The notes: generated by a model from the sequence alone, not told the origin. 63,092 nucleotides of DNA, filler included, from Octopus bimaculoides (GCF_001194135.2; 6 parts of 6 records of this genome joined end to end with filler, not necessarily neighbours in it), one strand, 5' to 3'. Positions 1-13,433 are shown, counted from the first letter of the whole stretch. Numbers and translations are program-made.

Positions 1-138
1 AGCGACTGAGAAAGGAAACGTGGCGAGGGAACCATGTTTTTTTTTTAATTAGTAGGGCAAGATTAATAGAAGGTTGAAAGCAGCGGAAAGGAAGAATGGA
101 AAAGTGTTTTTTTAGGCAGCGTTTTTTTTTTTAGGTAC

Positions 139-336
139 TAGAAAATACGAAAACTAAAGGAAGCAGCACATATGCTAGGACACAACCTCCTAAGCATACC
201 GAATGTGGATATGAATGGCATATGGGAACCGGTATTAAGGAAGGATAGGAAAATATTGGATTTATAAGCCCTAAAAATTCATTCCATAATTGCCTACAGG
301 CACATGGCGTAGTGATTAAGAGCGCAGGCTACTATT
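139..336 (+). mobile_element. Penelope-like element 3' end (GIY-YIG C-terminal tail) followed by a truncated tRNA-like segment
   Basis: Translates KIRKLKEAAHMLGHN-LLSIPNVDMNGIWEPVLRKDRKILDL*, homologous to 4243-4370 (+) and 15830-15990 (-). Followed by TGGCGTAGTGATTAAGAGCGCAGGCTACT. Confidence 0.85.
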
Positions 337-1037
337 AGGTTCATGTGCCGAGAGCATACTGACAGTGTTTTTGACACGTTTGGTGTCCTACCCACATGAC
401 ATAATTAGCTAAAAATGAGATGATAGGATGAGGGGAAAAGGAAGAAAAAGCGAGAAAAGTAGATACAAAAAGATGGAAGTTTGAAAAACCGGAAAGTGAA
501 AAAGAATTCAGAAAGAAACAAAAGGGGAATTAGAGTTATTTCCCTTTAGAGCGTAAAATACAAGGTTGAAAAGATAGTAGTATAGAGTCTGTGGTACAGT
601 TATTCAATCAGAGGAGGGAAGCACTTGCCAGTTCGTCACCAGGAACTTAACCATATTTTTACAAACGCTGAAAATTTCGGATCTAGAATTCAGCAGTCAG
701 TTAGAGCTCTAAGATCTAAAAATGATCTCAGTTCTTTCAGCTACGCATGGCTTACATTTTTGGATTCGTTAACATATGGTGTGGATTTTTCGACTATTCC
801 ATTTATCGTATGCGCTATGGCGTCCGATTTCAAACCCCATACGTGCTTTAATTTTGCCCAGTGTCAAAAGAAAAGTAAAGCTACTAAGTTGTGTATATTG
901 AATGATATATATGTATATATGTACACACATATACATATATGTATGTATGGCAATAAGCTTATGTGTAGGCCTGTATCTTTGCATATATGTATGGCAATAA
1001 TTTGTTATAGGAATGCTTTTCTTTTTACCAACCCCAG

Positions 1038-1177
1038 AAGTGTGGAACTTCGAACGGGAGCAAGATACCAAACACAGCAAAGCATTTAGTCCGGCGCTCA
1101 GACAGTATCCTGTCAATTCACCATCACTAGATTTGCTAGATATAACTGCTAAATCATCCAGATGTCTGGAGACTTAA
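1038..1177 (+). CDS. possible terminal coding exon of an unidentified gene
   Basis: Pyrimidine tract plus CAG acceptor at 1020-1037; open frame VWNFEREQDTKHSKAFSPALRQYPVNSPSLDLLDITAKSSRCLET*. No recognisable domain. Confidence 0.2.
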
Positions 1178-1444
1178 AAACATGCGCTGATTTAATTGTA
1201 TTTTTTGACAAGCGATGCGTGGGAAGGGGTCATTGAGGGCTTGGCTGGAATGTATTTGTTTTTTGGTCTGTTGGATTAATGTTAACCTAGGGTTAAACAA
1301 AAGCAATACCAACAACAGCGTTTACAACACTGCAGGGTGGAGTTGCCAGTTGGAAAAGTAATTAAAAAACAGTAAAAATACACACAAAAACAAGATTCGT
1401 TGTGTTTATTAAATCAGGCGTTGCGAGTGGGAGAATAGAAGTGT

Positions 1445-2077
<633 letters not shown>

Positions 2078-2887
2078 TGGATAAAGGTAGTTAGTGATGC
2101 AGAGACAAGGAGAGCTACAAAGATTAATGAGAAATGGGGAGGGGGTATGTAGTTAGGGTGTGGTCCGACAGATCATTACTACGTAGTTAAATGCAGAGAA
2201 TAACATTTACAGAGAAAAACTTCTCAGCAAGAAAAAGCAATAGCTAAGTTAAAAGCTACCATATTCAATGCAATAAAAACCTAATTGGAAATAATTATGC
2301 GTTGAAGAAAAGACAATATTAGAGGCTGATAATGTTATAATTATCCTGAGAAGTAGGGGAGATAACTTCAGCAATGTTTATCCTAGTCTCTCGTGTTAGT
2401 GATTGCACTACGGCCATGTTGGAGCATCGTTTTGAAGAGTCTTGTCGAACGAAGTGACTCTGTTACTAATTTCGTTACGTGGGGGGGGGGGGNNNNNNNN
2501 NNNNNNNNNNNNNNNNNNNNNNNNNNNNNNNNNNNNNNNNNNNNNNNNNNNNNNNNNNNNNNNNNNNNNNNNNNNNNNNNNNNNNNNNNNNNNNNNNNNN
2601 NNNNNNNNNNNNNNNNNNNNNNNNNNNNNNNNNNNNNNNNNNNNNNNNNNNNNNNNNNNNNNNNNNNNNNNNNNNNNNNNNNNNNNNNNNNNNNNNNNNN
2701 NNNNNNNNNNNNNNNNNNNNNNNNNNNNNNNNNNNNNNNNNNNNNNNNNNNNNNNNNNNNNNNNNNNNNNNNNNNNNNNNNNNNNNNNNNNNNNNNNNNN
2801 NNNNNNNNNNNNNNNNNNNNNNNNNNNNNNNNNNNNNNNNNNNNNNNNNNNNNNNNNNNNNNNNNNNNNNNNNNNNNNNNNNNNNNN

Positions 2888-3230
2888 CACCACACCACTA
2901 CGGCTTGTCGGTCGGTTTTATGATAATGTATTTGCGGTGTCGGAGACATCGAAGGGTCGAGAGTTCGGCCGGAGGCGGGGGTGTATGTTCAGATGTCGGG
3001 GACGACTCCGAAAGTTAAACCGGTCCACAACACGTTGGCAGTTGCCTGCAAAATGATCGACGGCTTGGAACTGGCCAGGAGCTGGCGTCCAGTGGGATGG
3101 TCGGTGAAGCAGTCCTCTTCGTTAGATGCAGGTGGAGTGTTGTGGTATAATGCATATAGCCTGACACGACGCACAAAGCAACGGATATCAGCACGGATAT
3201 CAAAACTACACAATTTGAATTATCTTCAGC
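2888..3230 (-). mobile_element. Penelope-like element, region upstream of the RT (frameshifted)
   Basis: Joined frames give DIRCFVRRVRLYALYH...SHWTPAPGQFQAVDHF...AELSTLRCLRHRKYIIIKPTDK/AVVVW, matching the PLE pre-RT motif IIIKPADKGxAVVVW. Runs into a gap. Confidence 0.8.
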
Positions 3231-3334
3231 TAAACAGACATTACCGAACTTACTGAAGCAGTGATCAGAGAATTATTAATATTAAATAAGTAATTAGTTG
3301 TGCAATATTGTTAATGAGTTGATGTGAAAATTAA

Positions 3335-3570
3335 CATTATCTTACTGGCACTTGGCCGGTTACAGCGAAACAGACTGCTTGTGAAATTAACGTGCATGTG
3401 GCTGAGTACTCCACAGACACGAGTACCCTTAACGGAGTTCCCAGGGAGATTCAGCGTGACACACAATGTTACAAGGCTGGCCCCTTTCAAATACAGGTGC
3501 AACTTACTTTTTGCCAGCTGGACTGGAGCAGCAAAAAATAAGGTGTCTTGCTCAGGGTCAAAACGCTGAT
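3335..3570 (-). mobile_element. 5'-truncated SINE with CORE-like central box and the tail of SINE family C
   Basis: Shares GTGAAATTAACGTGCA.GTGGCTGAG.ACTCCACAGACACG.GTACCCTTAAC with 30000-30180 and 56735-56900; minus strand carries CCTGAGCAAGACACC...GCTCCAGTCCAGCTG. Confidence 0.8.
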
Positions 3571-3571
3571 T

Positions 3572-4375
3572 GTCTTTTTCAATCAGCTGGCATTCCTGGA
3601 CGTGTTAATAACACGCACTAAGTATGGATTCAGGACATCCGTATACCGCAAGCCGACCTTTATTGGACGATACCTTAACTTCAATTCCCACCTCCATACA
3701 GTGTGAAGAGAGTGATTGCTCAGTGCCTAAAACTCCGAGCAAAGAATATAAGTAGCGATCGTGATACTCACCACGAAGAAATGATCAAGCTCAATAACGA
3801 TCTGTTAAGTAACGACTACCCCAAAAGTATACTATCCGCTCCAATTATGAAAAGAGAGAGGTTGAGGCCAATAAACTGTCCACAGTCTGTCTACCCTATG
3901 TGAAAAGCCTCTCCGAAAAGACACAAAAGATATGCGGCCCATATGACATCAGGACAGTATTCAAGAGTAATACAAAACTTTGCAAATATCTCCTTCGGGT
4001 AAAGCCACCAATAGAAGAGAATATGATAAAAAAACTGCGTGTACTCCATCCCATGCAGCTGTGGTAGGTTATACAAAGGGAAACATGTCGCCCCCTCAAA
4101 ATAAGAGTAGAGGAACATCACAAAGCTGTGACATGAGGAGATATTGATAACTTGGGTATAGCTGATCATGCATGGAAAAATGGAGACCACCTCCCCCTGT
4201 GGGATGAAGTTAAAATAATAGACAGAGAACACCACTGGAAAATACGAAAACTAAAAGAAGCAGTACATACGCTAGGACACAACGACCTCCTAAGCAGACT
4301 GAGTGCAGATATGAACAGCATATGGGAACCGGTATTAAAGAAGTATAGGCAAATATTAGATTTATAAGCCCTAAA
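3572..4375 (+). mobile_element. Penelope-like retroelement: RT C-terminus plus GIY-YIG endonuclease, frameshifted
   Basis: LAFLDVLITRTKYGFRTSVYRKPTFIGRYLNFNSH...LPYVKSLSEK...NCVYSIPCSCGRLYKGETCRPLKIRVEEH...GIADHAWKNGDHLPLWDEVKIIDREHHWKIRKLKEA. Confidence 0.95.
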
Positions 4376-4377
4376 AT

Positions 4378-4480
4378 TTACATTTTTCCGACATTCCTCC
4401 ACCCTTCAACAAATTTGCTATTAGGTAACACTTCCCTCTCCACCCTCACTTCCCTTTTCAAGTGAAACTTGTAAAAGTTT
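4378..4480 (-). mobile_element. Tx1/L1-like LINE ORF2 C-terminal fragment
   Basis: Minus strand NFYKFHLKREVRVEREVLPNSKFVEGWRNVGKM, homologous to KFFKFHLKRNVRVEGEVLSPSIYVTRWVNVAGM at ~25210-25310. Confidence 0.7.
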
Positions 4481-5027
4481 AATAATAATAATAATAATAA
4501 TCCATGGATGGAATTTATAAATATTTTAATACATCGCTACGCGCATTTCCACAAATTACATGTTTCTTAAGATCATAGTCCGCATTCGTGGGATCACTAC
4601 AGTACAGTCTGTACACCGGGTGGATCATATCCATGCGTTCATATCTTCTTCGGGCGATATATATATGTATATATAAATAAATATGTGACACTTATTCAGT
4701 GGCTACTGAATAAGTGTCACATATTTTTACAGATACATTCCTCTATTTGCATAATATCGAGGTCTCTTTCTTTCTTTTGTTGCCACTCCTGCCATATANN
4801 NNNNNNNNNNNNNNNNNNNNNNNNNNNNNNNNNNNNNNNNNNNNNNNNNNNNNNNNNNNNNNNNNNNNNNNNNNNNNNNNNNNNNNNNNNNNNNNNNNNN
4901 NNNNNNNNNNNNNNNNNNNNNNNNNNNNNNNNNNNNNNNNNNNGATCATATCCATGCGTTCATATCTTCTTCGGGCGATATATATATGTATATATAAATA
5001 AATATGTGACACTTATTCGGTAGCCAT

Positions 5028-5088
5028 GATAAAACTCCGAGTTTCGGATGCCGGGGTGGGAACCCACGCTAACATCTCTTCAGTTATC
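5028..5088 (-). ncRNA. type I hammerhead ribozyme motif
   Basis: Minus strand GATAA-CTGAAGA-GATG(..GTGGGTTCCCAC..)CATC-C-GAAA-CTC-G-GAG-TT-TTATC. Core CUGANGA and GAAA intact, stem I GATAA/TTATC, stem III ACTC/GAGT, GUU cleavage triplet. Confidence 0.7.
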
Positions 5089-5884
5089 CGGCCATTAAAA
5101 ATTCCTGTGAAAAATGACCGTTAAACAAAGGGAAATTACTGTGTGGTTGAACGTTATTAAGACAAAAGAGCTATAGACCGCTAAGTAAGGGGAGGGGGGT
5201 AAAAGTAAGGGAGTAGAGAAGTCTATAATGTTCGCGTAAGCGCACCAATCCGTACATTCGCCTATATTTATATACTAAACTACCCTCGCTTGAAACACAC
5301 ACATGCTCACCCCACATACTCGCCAAAAACTATACATGTATGTACATATACATATATATACCCGCATACATACCCCCCCACGCACACAACAACCTCGCAC
5401 CCATACACACGCACGCAAAAAAATTATAAGGCTAACAGCAAAAACAGAAGAAAGTGTGAGAAAGCTATAAGGTTAAAACGCGTCTAATATGCGCATATTT
5501 TCGCATACACGCACATACATCTATATACTCACGTACTCGCACACACGTACACATTCACAAGCGCGCATATAAGGTTCCATGTACGTGTCTATAGACGCAC
5601 AGGAAAAAACAGGGTGGAGGGGAGAAAACAGAAAAATATGTGTGGAAAAATACAAAACATTAACTCTATAATTACGTAAAAATTATGAAAAAACGTAAAA
5701 CATCCAAGTAAAAAGTATAGAAGGATAAAAAGCTTATACATAGACACAAATATAGAAAGCAAATCCTATCAGTACAGTCCTATCAGCAAGTCCTATCAGT
5801 AAAAATATGAAAAATATATAAGAAATCTAAGTAAAAGGTATAGAGAGATAAAAAGCTTATACATAGACACAATATAGAAAGCAA

Positions 5885-5942
<58 letters not shown>

Positions 5943-5979
5943 GTATACATATGCATATATATATATCTGCATATAACTT

Positions 5980-6150
5980 AATAAACGGTGTTAGCTTGTT
6001 TACGTCCCCTTTATGTAGCAAAAAAGAGGACGATAGAATAAGTGTTGGATTTAAAATAAGTATTGGGGTCGATTTGTTCGATTGAATCCCTTCAATGTGG
6101 TGCTCCAGCATGGCTACAGTCCTGTGACTGAAGCAAGTAAAAGATAAAAG
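5980..6150 (+). mobile_element. SINE family A, 3' tail only
   Basis: GGGGTCGATTTGTTCGA...GGTGCTCCAGCATGGC...GACTGAAGCAAGTAAAAGA, matching the tail of 61710-62110. Confidence 0.75.
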
Positions 6151-6598
6151 AAACAAGGAAATACCAAAATAAATTATTTCGAGGCGCCATCAAATCGGTG
6201 TTACCATATTTATTGAAAGGAAAGACTTACGTGGAGTGGCCAACAGAATATTTATGAATGACTAATGATGAACTTACACGGTTCAATGTCTCATAGAATG
6301 TTGAGCTTTAAAATGAGCTCAATTTGTCGATACTTATTCCTCCACCTACACACACTGCATCCAACGAGATTTTCTTTTCAACTGTTTCATTATGACGTAA
6401 AAGCGAAAATATGCTTAACAAATGATAAAACTAAAATGTCGTCTTACTTTTACATGCATGTTAAGAAAACATTCTTATATCTCTTATGAATTCTTTTAAC
6501 TATTTCGTATTTTTATCTTTCTCACGTCATAATAAAATTCCTTTCAAAGCAAATAGATTTATACTCTAAGTAGGTTTATTACTCTAGTCAAATACATA

Positions 6599-7514
6599 TA
6601 AGGTGGTCACAAAAAGTTCCCAGACTTGTTATGTTTAATATATCTATCGTATTTACCTAAGTTTTAACGTCATCTCCTTCGAAATACTCACCTTGCGCAG
6701 CAATACACTGGTCCCAGTGATCATGCTACTTTTGGAATCCGACCGGGAAGTCGTTTTCCGTAAGTGAATCGAGGACTTGTGGTTCGCTCTGTATCTCGAC
6801 AACGCTGTTAAAACGGCGATCTTTGACCTACATTTTCATCTTGGGGAAGAGATGGAAGTCTGCAGGTGTTAAATCTGGTGAATAGGGCAGGTGTGGAAGC
6901 GATACTATGTTGTTTTTGGTGAGAAACTCATGAGAGAGGCGAGCTCAGTGATTGGGTTCATTGTTGCCGCGAAGAATCCAGTTCTTGGCGTTCCACAGAT
7001 CCGGTCGCTTTCACTGAATCTCCTTCTTCAAACGCTTCAAAACATCGCAGTAGATTGACGGTCTGGTCCTGCGGGATGAATTTTCCATGCACAATACCAC
7101 ATTTCCAGCGGTGACACTCGTGGTAGGTCTTCCAGTTTGCTCATCGTCTTCCAGAGANNNNNNNNNNNNNNNNNNNNNNNNNNNNAGCGCCCGTGTCACT
7201 CGAAACATTGTGTACGACCAATTTCTTCGTCGCCATAAGCCTGCCGAAGTATGCTCAATGTTTCTGTTGCAGAATTTCCAACTTTAACGCAAAATTTCAC
7301 ATTGACACTTTGTTCTTGTCCATAACAAAATCAAAGACTACAGTATACACATGATCACAAAAACAAATTTCACAACTTGTGAAGTAAACACAACAATGTC
7401 ACTCGGCACCCTGCCTCATGAAGGTCACTGCTAGCTCTCACTGTGCACGCAACCGTGTGCTGCCATCTGTTGGCGCACTCCACAACTAGTCCGGAATGTT
7501 TTGATACCACCTCG
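6599..7514 (-). mobile_element. mariner transposon, internally deleted, both TIRs and TA flanks present
   Basis: TIRs TA|TAAGGTGGTCACAAAAAGTTCCCAGACT and revcomp TA|CGAGGTGGTATCAAAACATTCCGGACT. Remnants NVKFCVKVGNSATETLSILRQAYGD, SLEDDEQTGRP, LPHLPYSPDLTPADFHLFP, CIAAQGEYFEGD. Confidence 0.92.
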
Positions 7515-7539
7515 TACCTAAGACTATACCTAAGTACCC

Positions 7540-7847
7540 CCACTTCGGTCACGAATGACCATGAGATTGCACCTAGAAAGTTCCCCTCCGAGACACAAGA
7601 TTGTTTGTGGAAGACCAGCAGTCGCCCATGCATACCAGCTTCCCTGATATACAAGGGAAAGGCGAAGGCCGATGCAGCTTGGCAACAGTGACGTCGTAAC
7701 TTATTTCTACAGCTGACTGAACTGAACTGTAACAATGTGAAATAAAATGTTTTGCTCAAGAGCACAACACACAACCTAGTTCGGTAATTGAACTCAGAAC
7801 CTCACGATTGTAAGCCCGATGCTCTAGCTTCTGCGCCATGCACCTTC
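7540..7847 (-). mobile_element. tRNA-derived SINE with CORE-like box
   Basis: Minus strand head GGTGCATGGCGCAGAAGCTAGAGCATCGGGCTTACAATCGTGAGGTTCTGAGTTCAATTACC, then GTGTTGTGCTCTTGAGCAAAACATTTTATTTCAC. Confidence 0.75.
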
Positions 7848-7929
7848 ATCAAATACATACCAAACAAAATATAATTGTATGTTGGATGTTGTAGTACTTA
7901 TTATTCCATCAGATCAATGAACGGTATCT

Positions 7930-8720
7930 GGTATCATCCCTGAATCGCTGCTGATTGATTTTGGCCAGATCTCACTAGAGAGAGCTTAGTTTGGTTGTTT
8001 ATCAATTGTTTCACATCATACCACAACCGACCCTCACTTCCGTATCGATGCTTGGCCCTGTATATTTATTTGTGTGACAGTTCGTTCGAGACTGGCAGAA
8101 CCAGCGGCAAATATGGACAAAATTTATTTGTATTTGTACACGGTGTTTAACACACTGGAAAGACTGCCTACTTAGTCCGAAACAAATGTGTTTACCTTGC
8201 GAAATGTCCATCGGTTCCACAGCAAATGGCACTAGAGTCACATCTCGAAGCTGCCGCCTTGCCGATGCTGTTCATCCTTTAGCAAGTTATGCTTCGCAAC
8301 CGTATAAAGTCCCCACGATGACCATGGACCTCACTACCCGTATCTTTGTACTGAACGTCTCACCTTGGTCTTCACACGCTTTGGTAAGGCGGGTGATTGC
8401 TGAGCGGCTCATGATCAATCTGCTGTAGATTACATTCTTTCTACAGCGGTTCCTTTAGATATCCGGGTGTTTGAGTTTTCTCCACAAGGTCGATCTCCTG
8501 GCTGTCGAGGCTTGAAACACTAAATACTCATCATAAGTGTCCCAAAACACACTTCTCAGCACATCAAACATTTTCAGCAACACAGCTGAGATGCCATTAT
8601 GCTACCTGTAACATCGATATCAGCATATTCTTCAGCTGATGCCTTCACCTGCTTCAATGATAAGAATGAGCTGAGTCAACACGTGTTTTCTTCAGTGCAC
8701 TACGCAAAAAGATTGTTTCT
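7930..8720 (-). mobile_element. decayed RTE-clade LINE, RT C-terminal part
   Basis: TKIRVVRSMVIVGTLYGCEA...SFEM* corresponds to the RTE motif TKxRLxxxxVxxxLYGCExW...AFEMW; many stops and frameshifts. Confidence 0.7.
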
Positions 8721-9809
8721 TCAAGATTATTTATTTCTTTTACTGCTTTCTCTTTTCTGCTCATACACGCATACACCTGAACACATTTACATCTGAACAC
8801 CAGATATGCATACGGTCACATTTAACAAGCATACAAGCACCGATACTTGCACAACATGTACATAGACACATTCATTCCCAACTGTATACATAAAATTACT
8901 GTGGATAGAAGATGCAACCTTATTTCGGCTGTTATATTCCTAAGATAAACACTAAACACTGAGGCTGAAGTTGGGATCGAGTTGGTAGTTAGACGCTATA
9001 TGTACACCACCCTATAATCTAAAAGTAGGAGAAATGGCTTCCCCCTCTATAGTGCTCCATTTTCATCACCGATTCTATATAAACATTTAGTTATAACAGT
9101 GTTAGTAAGCAGATACAAAAGTATACTTACGCCGGTGAAGCCTAACTGGTACAAACGTTCCAGTTCTGACTCTTGTATGCTCAGCCAAACGATAATGTTA
9201 GCTAATCTTTCTTATTTGTTCCTAAGAGGCTTTCGTCGCTCAAGTTTGACAATGCTTCTCTATATGTATGCATTGGCTTAGGCAAGATATTTTGAGGGCG
9301 TCAGCTAGTAACTCATGCGAATCGATTCTCATCTCTCCACGCCACCGATGTTTATTCAAGAAGGTCACCAGTATTTCTTTCTATCAACAATATTTGAATC
9401 TTCTGTGGTTTATTTAAAATGTGAAAACATTGGGAATACTTGCAGCCATATTTTTATTACCTTGAAAGGCCGCTAATGACCAATAAGAACTATGTTCAAA
9501 AGCAATCCGTCCTTGACCGTTCCAACTTATTTTCAGGTATGAAGTGTTCCGTATTATATTATTCAATGAATCGTCATCATCTTTAAGACGGTAGGAAGTA
9601 GCTTGAAGGAGAATTAACAGCTACTCCTGGCAGATCGAGAGACCACATGCAAATTCCATTTGTCGCACGAAGTCACAATTTCTACGTGAATGACTCGTTG
9701 GTGGAAAAAACCTGGACTTTGCAAATCCTTGTTAAATTACGTTAAGGTTGAAGAGACCATACTACCGTAAAGGAGATCTCATGATATGCGCAAATTCACG
9801 CATTCATTC

Positions 9810-9880
9810 TTGGTTCACCTTAGTACATCTTCGTTCACCTCAGTTCACCTTCGTTCACCTCAGTTCACCTTGGTTCACAC
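9810..9880. repeat. 10-bp minisatellite (TTCGTTCACC/TCAGTTCACC)
   Basis: About six degenerate units visible. Confidence 0.8.
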
Positions 9881-10071
9881 ATCTAAAAAGAAATACGCAA
9901 TATGAGATTAAAAAAATGCTATAAAAAAAAGCTACTTCCGTTTCATTAAAATAATCAGCTCTACATACATACATACATACATACATACATACATACATAC
10001 ATACATACGTACATACATGCATGCATATATACATACATACATACATACATACATGCATACGTACAAACATA

Positions 10072-10500
10072 CAAAAAGAGAACACCTACGCTGGACAATT
10101 GAGAAACTTGCAGTTACTCTATCCAGATTATAAGTTCAGGTTTATACCTTTAATTATTGGGGCTCTGGGATATGTAACACACTGCCTAAATACCAATCTC
10201 GAGAAATTAGGCTTCTCAAAACCAGAAAGGAGAAAGTTGATTCAAGACATCAATGAAACTCAAAATCTGTAAAACTCTCCAGAGGTTTATCATTTAAATA
10301 TATATGAGCATGTCTAGATATGCAACTATATCTAGAAGACATACATAAAACAAAACATACAAATCTGCACACATACATACATACGTACATACATACATAC
10401 ATACAAAAATACCTTGTTGATGTTGTTGAAATTTAGATGAAGGATCTAGGTTAGAAACCGGCTCTTTCTCTATTGGCAAGAAATCTTGAAATAAAACTCA
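10072..10500 (+). mobile_element. R4/Dong-like RLE LINE 3' end flanked on both sides by (TACA)n
   Basis: KENTYAGQLRNLQLLYPDYKFRFIPLIIGALGYVTHCLNTNLEKLGF...KICKTL; (TACA)n at 9961-10070 and 10508-10545. Confidence 0.8.
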
Positions 10501-10560
10501 GCAACGACATACATACATACATACATACATACTTACGTACGTACATACATACACACACAC

Positions 10561-10885
<325 letters not shown>

Positions 10886-11605
10886 CACGTNNNNNNNNNN
10901 NNNNNNNNNNNNNNNNNNNNNNNNNNNNNNNNNNNNNNNNNNNNNNNNNNNNNNNNNNNNNNNNNNNNNNNNNNNNNNNNNNNNNNNNNNNNNNNNNNNN
11001 NNNNNNNNNNNNNNNNNNNNNNNNNNNNNNNNNNNNNNNNNNNNNNNNNNNNNNNNNNNNNNNNNNNNNNNNNNNNNNNNNNNNNNNNNNNNNNNNNNNN
11101 NNNNNNNNNNNNNNNNNNNNNNNNNNNNNNNNNNNNNNNNNNNNNNNNNNNNNNNNNNNNNNNNNNNNNNNNNNNNNNNNNNNNNNNNNNNNNNNNNNNN
11201 NNNNNNNNNNNNNNNNNNNNNNNNNNNNNNNNNNNNNNNNNNNNNNNNNNNNNNNNNNNNNNNNNNNNNNNNNNNNNNNNNNNNNNNNNNNNNNNNNNNN
11301 NNNNNNNNNNNNNNNNNNNNNNNNNNNNNNNNNNNNNNNNNNNNNNNNNNNNNNNNNNNNNNNNNNNNNNNNNNNNNNNNNNNNNNNNNNNNNNNNNNNN
11401 NNNNNNNNNNNNNNNNNNNNNNNNNNNNNNNNNNNNNNNNNNNNNNNNNNNNNNNNNNNNNNNNNNNNNNNNNNNNNNNNNNNNNNNNNNNNNNNNNNNN
11501 NNNNNNNNNNNNNNNNNNNNNNNNNNNNNNNNNNNNNNNNNNNNNNNNNNNNNNNNNNNNNNNNNNNNNNNNNNNNNNNNNNNNNNNNNNNNNNNNNNNN
11601 NNNNN

Positions 11606-12182
11606 TATGTGCATGTGGTGTGTGTGCGTGTGGATGTATGTGTATGTGGTGTATGTGTATGTGGTGTATGTGCGTGTGTATGTGCGTGTAGTGTGGTGTG
11701 TGTGTGTATGTGTGTGTAGTGTGGTGTGTGTGTGTATGTGCGTGTGGTGTGTGTGGTGTGGTGTGTGTGCGCGCATGTTTATCGGTGTTTCTGAGTGGGA
11801 GAGAGAGAGACAGTGAAAGGAAGGAGTGATTGTGTTTATGTGCGTGAGCGTATCTCTGTCTATGTGTGTGTGTGTGTGTTGTAACTGAGAGAGCGAAAGA
11901 GAGATGGGTGAGAGAGAAAGGGAGAGGGAGGGAGTAAATGTGGGAAAAAGGAAGTGGGAAGAAAAATGGGTGAGAGAGGGAGTGGGAGGGTGTAAGAGTG
12001 GGGCGAGAGGGATAGGAATTGTTTATAAGTGCGCACGCGCGCGTGTAGGTGTGTCGGAGAGAGAGAGAGTGATTATGCATATGCGTGTGTTCGTATCTGT
12101 GTGTGCGTGGGTGTGAGAGTATAAATGAGTGTGTATGTGTATGTGTGTGTGTGACTGTGTATGGGTGTATGAGAGCGAAAGG

Positions 12183-12244
<62 letters not shown>

Positions 12245-12520
12245 CAGAGGCAGACAGACAGACAGACAGACAGACAGAGAGAGAGAGAGGGAGAAACATG
12301 GGGAAAAAGACAGAAGGTGAGAGATAGAGGGAGAGGGAGAGAAAAAGTGAGTGAGAGAGTGAGTGAGAGAGACAGAAAGTGAGTGAGAGAGAGAAGAGGA
12401 GAGAGAGTGAGTGAGAGAGAGAAGAAGAGAGAGAGAAGAGGAGAGAGAAAGAGACAGAGGGATAGAGATGGGGAGAATAGAAATGCGTACATACATGCAT
12501 ATATGCATACATGCCTACAT
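11606..12520. repeat. low-complexity (GT)n/(GA)n block
   Basis: Directly visible; it generates the long spurious His/Thr and Leu/Ser ORFs. Confidence 0.95.
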
Positions 12521-12539
12521 ACAAAAGCTCAATACCATT

Positions 12540-13355
12540 AAGTACAGGACATCATCAACGAGTGAAAAATACGCAGACACACGAGAGATGAGTACAGGAC
12601 AAAATGCTAAAAAACATGACTCGCTCGTTAGTTGTCAACTGTTTTACTACTCTCTATTTACTACTCTCTAATGCCAAAAGAAGACAACTCTTCATCAGTT
12701 GTCGACTGTTTTATTGGTCTCTATTTCGTGCTTTCGATGACAAGATAGGAAAACTTCATAAGGCAGCAGTATCCAGAAATTTTAAAAATATAAAATTTGT
12801 GGAGAGTTAGGGCTTCGAACGAACAAACAACAACAGAGAGGACGTACAAAGGAAACAATCGACGAAGACAAACATTAAGGGCCATTGGGCCAAGACGAAT
12901 TGTAATGGGTAACGTATGTAGTGAGGCGTGAGCAACAGACAAAGGGGAAGGGGAACAAGAGAGAGGATGAGAGAAAGAAACAAAGGGAGTGAAGAGAAGG
13001 AAGAATGAACGAAAGATAGTTGGGAGTGGGAGAAAGACAGGCACGGGACAGCAAAGAAGGAGGGTGAGAAACAGAAAATATAGGGGATTATAGAGGGATA
13101 GAGAGAAAGAAAGAAAACAGGGTGGAGTGGCAGAAATTATATATAAATATAAGAACTTACTGTAGACAAGGCTGCGTAGCGTTCGATTATAAATAAATAA
13201 AAATAGACACTAAGTACAGGATATCACAAACGAGTGAAAAGTACGTAAACACATGAGAGATGAGTACAGGACAAAATGCTAAAAAACATGACTCGCTCGT
13301 TAGTTGTCAACTGTTTTACTACTCTCTATTTCGTGCTTTTGATGACAAGATAGGA
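12540..13355. repeat. local direct repeat pair (12540-12750 and 13210-13355)
   Basis: Both contain GAGAGATGAGTACAGGACAAAATGCTAAAAAACATGACTCGCTCGTTAGTTGTCAACTGTTTTACTACTCTCTATTT...GATGACAAGATAGGA; the first copy has an extra internal ~65 bp. Confidence 0.9.
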
Positions 13356-13433
13356 TTGTATGTATGTAAGTATGTATGTATGTATGTATGTAAGTATGCA
13401 TATATGTATGTATGCATGTATGTATGTATGTAT

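Noticed and set aside
4623-5018. Exact ~75-bp duplication on both sides of a gap (4623-4697 and 4944-5018)
   Set aside because: Most likely unmerged overlapping contig ends.
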